Shown here one piece after another: positions 61,282-64,000 of a stretch of 64,000 nucleotides of DNA. The notes below the pieces were generated by a model. That model ran no database searches and had not been told where the DNA came from. It saw nothing but the letters and a program-made list of their open reading frames with translations. Where the stretch lies: positions 102,796,001-102,860,000 of the forward strand of contig OZ076409.1 in the NCBI GenBank assembly GCA_964187785.1, given 5' to 3'. The DNA comes from Amphiscolops sp. MND2022. Its lineage: Eukaryota. The stretch's first letter is position 1, and the number at the start of each line of letters is the position of its first letter. A program made the position numbers and the translations under genes.

Positions 61282-61917
61282 CTCTTTTTTAGTCGGCGCT
61301 TTTCTAGGGAAAAGTGCCCGACTCTTACAGTGGCTAATTTTTTTTTCTTTTTTTTTCGTCAGACTACAATCTCACTCTGATTGGGCCACTTTTCTTACAA
61401 TCGAAACTACTAAAACTACTAGCATAAGAGGCCAAGTCCGGTCAGCGGAAATTAGTGCAAAAGGGTCCCCCCTTTCATTTTTTTACCTTTTTTACGTAAC
61501 CTACAAAACCGGAAGAGACCAAAGGGTCCCCCCTTTCAATTTTTTTTCGGCACTGTGCGAAATTTTTTTCGAAAATTTTTTAAGGTCCAAAAGAGTCCCC
61601 CCTTCGAGTTTTTTGATATTTTGCAACAAAATGTATGTTAATAAATCCCAAAGGGTCCCCCCTTTTCATTTTTCGGCACTATGCAACATTTTCAAATTTT
61701 TTTTTAAAAAAAGATTTTTAAAAAAATTTTCAAATTTTATTTTGTTCCCAGTCGGGAAACAGTGATTTTCCAGTCATATAGAGCATGAAAGGCACACTTT
61801 GGGTGTCTCCAAAGTGTTTTCAAAGCTTTTCATGAATACGTCCTGAGCATATTTAGAAAACTTTGCGCTTCTTGAGCCTTAGATATAGCGCCGACTTTAG
61901 ACGTTCCCGTCTTGTTT
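61282..61917 (-). mobile_element. DINE-1/HINE-like element, paralog of 5072-5756
   Basis: AGTCGGCGC...GCGCCGACT, AAGGGTCCCCCCTTTC units and terminal TTCCCGTCTTGTT. Confidence 0.6.
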
Positions 61918-62029
61918 GTTATCACAAAGCAGTTTTTGAGGTTTTCTCCAATTTGAGCAAATGAAATCGATCGATCGCTGGACGTGTCTTAAACTTTTCA
62001 AAATACACAAATATGCCCGCCGGGGCACT

Positions 62030-63740
62030 CTCTTATTTCTGTTTTAATCTTTCATTAAAAATAGAATCATATCTGGAATACCAATACACTCCTGTTTAAT
62101 CATTATTTAGCGCCTAATTAATCAGGTGAATTCCCAAATAACATAAGAGCAAAAAACATAAAACTGAAATTAGTTACAAATAACATAAAAATGTAATGAG
62201 TTTCACTTAACATAAAAATAAAATTATTTACGAGAAAGTTTTAGTGGTCAAAAGCACTCACAATTCAAAAGATTCACTGAAAAAAGTGTGCAAATTACAG
62301 ATAAAATTTTCTGAGTTCGATTGTTTAACTGGGTATTTGGTTTTATTTTTGTTATTTGAAACTAATTTCTATTTTGTTATTTGAAACTAATTTTGTTTTC
62401 AAGTTATTTGCTCCTATGTTATTTGGTACGTAATCATTAATCACGGTACCAGTTTATACCGCCTTTAAATCTCGGACTAAAGCAAATATAACTACTAAGC
62501 GTAGACGACGTTTCGTATTCGCATTTGAATGCAGGCGAGCTCTCCGAGAACGAATAATTACACTCATTCGCTTCATCTCAATGACGTCAGCGTACGAATG
62601 CACAATTACTACTCGCTCGTTCCATCGCACGAGAATTGAATTGTCGTCGGCAGCTTGAGAAATTTAATTCTAACGCTTACAGTCACTGCCGAACAAAATA
62701 TCTGAATTATTCAGTATCATACCAAGAATTTAACTGAAAAAAAGTAGACATTTTGAGGTTTCAATAATAGTCCTGCTATCGCAGAAATAATAAAAACGGC
62801 AATTTACTTCGCCGAATATTACTCCGGCGGATATAAAGTTCGGATACGTATCGAGAAAAAACTGAGGAAAAGCCATGACTATAGGCAACTCTTCTCTAAA
62901 GAAAAGTGCCGACTAAAAAACTGGCCACGGTAAGAGTCGGACATCTTTTGTTACAAAAAGGCGCCGGCTTAAGACAGCCAATGAGGTCACATGGAAAATG
63001 AAAATGATAGAAAGCAACTTTTATCAATCTTATTCGGAAACAAGAACTGCACATTTTTATCAACCTGGTTGATATCTTTGATATTAGGTAGCTGATATTG
63101 GGACAAAAAACTTTTGCTTTACTCTAGGTCAATGATCGGTCGGCCAGTTTATACAATACTTGAACACAGTTGTCTTGCCAAGTTGCAACACTTGTGAACC
63201 CACTTCTAAAGTAGCTTCTTTTCACGCAGGAAAATGCGCCGACTAAAAATAGGCCCCTCCGGGGCTCAGTACTATTTCTGTTTTAATCTTTATTTTTTTG
63301 AAACAAAAAAATTCAATAAAAAAAGAATCATATCTGGAATACCAATACACTCCTGTTTAATCATTATTTAGAGCACAATTAATCACTGTACCAGTTTATG
63401 CCGCCTTTAAATCTCGGACTAAAGCAAATATAACTACTAAGCGTAGACGAAGTTTTGCATTTGCATTTGAATGCCGGCGAAACTCTAGGCGAACGAATAA
63501 TTAACATTCGCTCGCTTTATCTCAATGACATCAGCGTACGAATGCATAATTACCACTCGCTCGTTCCATCGCACGAGAATGGAAATGTCGTCGGCAGCTT
63601 GAGAAATTTAATTCTCACGCTTATAGTCACTGCCGAACAAAATATCCGAATTTTTCAGTATTGCGACAAGAATTTCACTGAAAAACTTGACATCTTGAGG
63701 TTTCAATAATATTCCTGCTATCGCGGAAATATTAAAAAAT
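62030..63740 (+). repeat. Diverged direct duplication (62030-62800 vs 63255-63740); the first copy carries an extra ~310-bp TIR element
   Basis: Shared AGAATCATATCTGGAATACCAATACACTCC and GCCTTTAAATCTCGGACTAAAGC blocks; insert TIRs CCAAATAACATA(A/G)GAGCAAA at ~62131 and ~62407-62426. Confidence 0.8.
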
Positions 63741-64000
63741 GAAATCGAAAGTAATTTTAAAAATGATCGAAAAAACCCTTGAGCAGTGTGCACACTTTCA
63801 ACCATGTTAAATCACCTCCTGAAGTACGATGGTCTCAAAAAAAGTAAACCTTTAAGTAGAGTGGTTCCAAAAAAGTATCTCCAGATAGAGCAGACCCGTG
63901 AACCTATTTTTTAGACGACCTTTTCGAAGAAAATCCCGACTCTTACGGTTGGTTTTTTTTTCAACGCGAGTTCAACGCAATCGGTCCACTTTTTTGTTCA

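Overview
This is AT-rich, repeat-dense eukaryotic (probably invertebrate animal) genomic DNA; no prokaryotic operons, rRNA or CRISPR are visible. It holds three complete LTR retroelements. (1) A BEL/Pao element at 25750-34568 (+) has a GTGAT target-site duplication (TSD), ~98% identical LTRs and a broken gag-pol. (2) A pol-less, gag-only element at 39533-45683 (+) has an AAGCA TSD and ~2.3-kb LTRs that encode the start of Gag. (3) A Ty3/Gypsy element at 47507-54664 (-) has 213-bp LTRs differing at 2 sites and a WLDD reverse transcriptase (RT) motif. It sits inside a TTAA-flanked Kolobok-like element and is interrupted in RT by a 1034-bp MITE (short non-autonomous DNA transposon). Also present are a decayed Gypsy pol (16.8-18.8 kb), a probable LTR remnant of a second 'coding-LTR' family (36.7-37.6 kb), many MITEs, DINE-1-like elements, a 17-bp minisatellite, tRNA-derived repeats, a CORE-type SINE and a 1012-bp tandem duplication. 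The only well-supported host gene is the 3' part of a GT31 (beta-1,3-galactosyltransferase-like) glycosyltransferase on the minus strand (exons 60926-60679, 56676-56470, 56010-55809), probably using a GC-AG intron. The most unusual signals are the coding giant LTRs, two arrays of covarying mini-hairpins in the BEL leader, the WLDD RT with a long RNase H-integrase insert, and a 48-bp hairpin inserted at TTAA. All comparisons were done by eye.
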